A stretch of 64,000 bases of DNA from Balanoglossus misakiensis (Eukaryota > Animalia > Hemichordata), in assembly GCA_040954595.2 (NCBI GenBank), contig CM082581.2:6688699-6752698 (forward strand), read 5' to 3'. The notes under the pieces are model-generated. The model worked only from the letters and a program-made list of their open reading frames with translations, did not search any database and was not told the origin of the DNA. Numbering within the stretch: position 1 is the stretch's first letter; every line of letters begins with the position of its first letter. Shown here in pieces: positions 59,761-64,000 of this stretch. Both the position numbers and the translations under genes were made by a program.

Positions 59761-61250
59761 AAAAGCAAATCAATACACAAAAACCAGCCTTACAAGACAA
59801 TCTACAACATTTAATTTCTCCACTCTAAAATGAAATAAAATTAGTAATTATCAGTACAACCACTCTCTGAATATACAAGGATCCATTCTTGACTACAAAC
59901 CAATGAAAAATACTGTGTGAAATAAAAAAAAAGCAAAATAAAGGAAAGATTTTGAGAATTCCACACAGATCTGAAACAACACAAACATATTTTTAGAGTC
60001 TGTACACAGAAAGGGATCTTTCCTGTCATTTAGAAGCGATCCCATTCTTTACCATTGATCACAGGAATAAAACCAGATGAAAGTTTTTATACTCAATAGA
60101 GAAAATTAGCAATGAACACTGATGAAATCCATCTTGTGTGTATTTTTTTTCTTAGCTGGCCGCCCCATTAGTTTCTTGCTTTCAAAAGTTTCACATTATC
60201 TACAGCAGGACCTTTCCAACACCCCTCTCTCAGAATGGTCTGGAACGGTGGAACACCGCAGTGAGGAAGGAACCATTCTTGCTCAGAGGGGGGAAAGAGA
60301 AACTGTCCAAGGCGCGCAAGAAACTACGGGGCAGGAATCTAAAAACATGGGTGGAAAAAAAAGGTGTAAATATCTCTCTTCTGGCCTGCTGATAACACTG
60401 AGCATCATTTAGCACATGTTTTTGTGGGCTCATCAATATCATCAGTTTGTTTTGTGGATTTGTGGATTATGGATAACACATACATCAGTTTCTTAGCCGC
60501 AGCTTCTGTTTTACACAGACATACATCATGGGAGAAAAAAATAAACTGCCCACTTAAATTTATTGTATATATTATCTGTTCAAAAAAAAAAAGCAACAAC
60601 AGTTACTCTCATACACTAAAGCAAGACTAAACATCTTAAAGATTTGTAACATTTCCTTAAGATGAATACAAGTTTGAAAAGATGAAATTTTTTTTAATTT
60701 TTCACAATAAAAGCATCTGTGCAAGAAGACAAATCCCATCATTTCCCTCACCAACACCCTTAGATTTCTCATCACCCCTCCCCATGCTACTCACGCCTTA
60801 TCACTCACCCTCCCCCCCCCCCTCGAGTCTAGTCTACTTTTAATACACTAGGTGGTAAACACTTTCAGAGGAATACAAGAAAGCCTACAATAGTTACATA
60901 ACTACCCTACAATGGAAATTTACAGTATGCACAAGTTGAAAGAAGTTTTCCCCGATTTTCCATGACAGAAACAAGCGGGTCAAAATATCAACAGTGGCGT
61001 TTTTTTGTGCCGGTCGTCGCTGGCGTTTGATCTTGCCAAGACGACGAGGCAGAGGAAAGAACATAGTTACATTTTTGTGTTGTCCCTTGGTCACCGGGGG
61101 ATACGCACTCTGACACGTGTTCATCACTACATTGTTTGTCCATGTTCACAGCAACACATCCATGCTTTTTTTTTAAAAAGGTGCTTCCTAACTGGGTGTT
61201 TTTTCTGTCTCTCTCTCTATGAACTCAGTATAGTTTTGCGTTTTCCCCAA

Positions 61251-62821
61251 TCAGCGGGCGCGACTGCTCTTGGCTTTGCTGTCCGGGTGCTTGTTGCCAG
61301 TGGTTGGGGTGGCCACTGGGTTGGTGCTGGCGTTGGTGGCCGACTGCGCGGCGGCCTTCTGTTTCAGCATGGTCCAGTCGAACGTGTAGTCGTACTGGTG
61401 ATTGAGGGTGCGGAAGAGAATGCGGAACAGTTGGCGCAGATACATGTAGTCCGGCGCTTCCTCAAATCGCAGGCCCCGACAGTAGTTGAGATACATGGCA
61501 AATTCAGCTGGGAACCCCTGTGGATATCAAACACATGGACAATCACAAATCATGCTGGCATCTATCTACACAAAGGAAATTGACTCTTTGATAGGAATTC
61601 ATCATAAGGTTTTAGAACTATTTTCTTTCATATTTTTCGTAGATTATCAATATTACAGAAAAGATAGCTAGTTTCTTCACGCATCTTATTCAGTTTTACC
61701 GCACAGAACACGAAATTCAGAAGATGACATCATGAGGGGTCAAGGTGCAAAGGGTTAAAGGTTGTAGATGAACGTTGCTTGTCATACCAGACTAGTTTCA
61801 CAATGGAGATGAAGGATACCTCAGAGAGTTCTTACCTTACAAAGCACTTCAACAGGTGTGGACATTTTCTTTTCACTGATCTTCTCATACTTCTGTTTCT
61901 TGGTTGCCGCCTTGAGTCCCTGCCAGGGCAGACTTGTCCTGTTAAAGTACATCAGCACGTAGCCCAGCGACTCCATGTCATCGCGACGACTGTCAGAAAA
62001 AAAAGAAGAGAAGAAACAGAGAGACACAAAAACATTAATCACTAATATTGACATAGAGGTATACTTCAATCTTGCAATGCAACTGGGGAATTATTCTGAA
62101 GGCATTCAAATAATTACTTTCGTTCTGGAGAAACAATCAACACTCTGATAGCTTGCCTCGGTGGAAATGTCAAAGCAGGTATACCGGACATGGCAAAATA
62201 TTGCATGGTCTGTCTGCTTTTCAGTCATGCATCAGGTGTGTAAATTTCTAAGTAGATTAGAAACAATTTTCATGCCATGGGATTCAGGCATAGTCTCCAG
62301 TTGCAAAATGTCCAGTCTCAATGACCACACTTGCTTCCTGTTTCATACCTTCCGGCAGAAAGTACCAATCAAAATGTGTGTACTCAGACATGATGACCAG
62401 ATTACTTCCTGCAGGGGAGCCGAGCTACAAGGTATATCTGGCGTGATCATCTACCAGGTATCCAAGTTTTTACTGCTGGAGAAAAACCAGCAACAGTCAA
62501 ACCTGCCAGGCTCGTCAGAGGACTAGCTTAACCGGCAGACTTTATAGACAGGTCAATTAATGCACACATAAACTGCGCAAGGACTGTTGTCACTACAGAC
62601 AGGTTTACACTATATAGAGATGGCCACTTAAACACAGGTTTGACTGCACTTGTAGTTTATTGCCCAAAACAACCACTGACCTCTGTTCTATACCCAAATG
62701 GGCATTGATGCTGGCATATCTGGCAGTACCAGTCAGGTTCTTGTCTTCACGGTACGGTATGTGCTGTCTTGTGCGGCTGTCTCGGTACTTCTTGGCCAAA
62801 CCAAAATCAATCAAGAAAAGC
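61251..62821 (-). CDS. CSNK1A1: casein kinase I alpha, 3' coding exons; 5' exons lie beyond the window
   Basis: Exons ~62681-62820 ([46 protein letters not shown]), ~61836-61989 ([52 protein letters not shown]) and 61251-~61517 ([54 protein letters not shown]...). These are alpha-isoform diagnostic residues. Confidence 0.96.
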
Positions 62822-64000
62822 TGTCAAAGAATGAAAAATAAATTTGATGAGCATTTGTCTCTCACAAGCGCTCAAGTCCAACCTGAGAGATTGATAAAAT
62901 AAAATTACTTGAAAACCTAAGCCTATCAAGTCAATGTTGATGTGTAATTTTTGCATCTCTTAAAACATGCAAATATTAAGGTGTTATATTCCTATGAAAA
63001 AGTAGCATTTGGAAATTCACTTGTAACCTCCCTATTTTTCTAATAACAATTATGTGCAATTTGAACGAATGGTTTCAATTCTACACATCATTACGGACTT
63101 CGTAATTGTCGTAATGACTGACAACTTGTGTGAGTTGTGTGTGTATTTTTTTCTGTTATCAGTCACCGCCTATGTCATAGACTGCCCAAGAGGTCAATTT
63201 GTAGGTCACTTAATGAGTCTGGCCTTGGGTTCCTTTGTTCTGTTGTTAACTATGAAATCCCAATGCTGATATTTATGTCAAAATGCATTAATGCGCAACA
63301 AGGTTGTTCTGCAATGGTACATAGCAACATTGTCATGAATACAAATATTCTGACAGTCAAACACTAACAGACAGACTTTAATGATCACTTCTTTTTTTAA
63401 TGATTCTCCTTTGAGATCAGGAAGGTTCCACTGCCCTGTGTGTTATGGCAGTTTATAAAACAGTGCATCTACAAATTTATAACTGTTTTTAATACTTTCA
63501 GTTTCAGTCAAGATATTAAACACTGTACATATTTTCTAATTTAGTTCTAGTCAGTCTTTGACCTTATTAATCATGATGTTTCACTAAAAACTGACAGGTG
63601 ATCGCACTCTTCACAGCAGTATGGGACAGGTATTTTATGATGAATTAAAATGTGTTGAATTCCAAAATAAATCAACAACTACATACATGTATATGTATCT
63701 GTATTAAAGAATTGTCATAAATTTCCACACTTCACACGACGCTGAGACACTGTTGTTAACATATTATCCCCAGGTCATCCCCTCTTGAGAGTTGAGTGAC
63801 AGTCAAGTTTATTACAACACATATTGCAAATGCCACAGCTGTACCACCAGCAGAATATGCAATTATAATGAGGTTGAACGTCTTTCATTTTATATAGCAC
63901 ATTTCGTGCCATCCTGACCTGAAACTAATCAACTATCACGGTCAACTGTTCCACTTAAATATACTATGCAATCCAATACAAATTCGATGGACAATAGGGC

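Overview
Eukaryotic, intron-rich, AT-rich animal genomic DNA. It looks like an invertebrate, possibly a deuterostome (inference from intron style and gene content), and is not prokaryotic. Six spliced genes alternate in strand: the 3' part of a p24-alpha gene (TMED9/TMED4-like, +), EVC2/limbin (-), EVC (+), a large ALMS1 orthologue with a ~5 kb exon (-), SUPV3L1/SUV3 helicase (+), and the 3' part of casein kinase 1 alpha (-). EVC2/EVC and ALMS1/SUPV3L1 are each head-to-head on short putative bidirectional promoters. The most notable points are: (1) three adjacent ciliopathy genes (EVC2-EVC-ALMS1) with several near-perfect RFX X-boxes; (2) a compact EVC2/EVC promoter with two identical CArG boxes, a CRE and a YY1 site overlapping a uORF; (3) an RRKR furin-type site in a long EVC2 ectodomain; (4) a 27-nt EVC microexon; (5) several families of repeated short motifs in ALMS1; (6) a Helentron-associated (HINE/DINE-1-like) element with A-B-B-A internal duplications, plus piggyBac-type and other MITEs. 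No tRNA, rRNA or CRISPR array was recognised. Gene identities come from recalled protein motifs, not database searches, and exon boundaries were read by eye.
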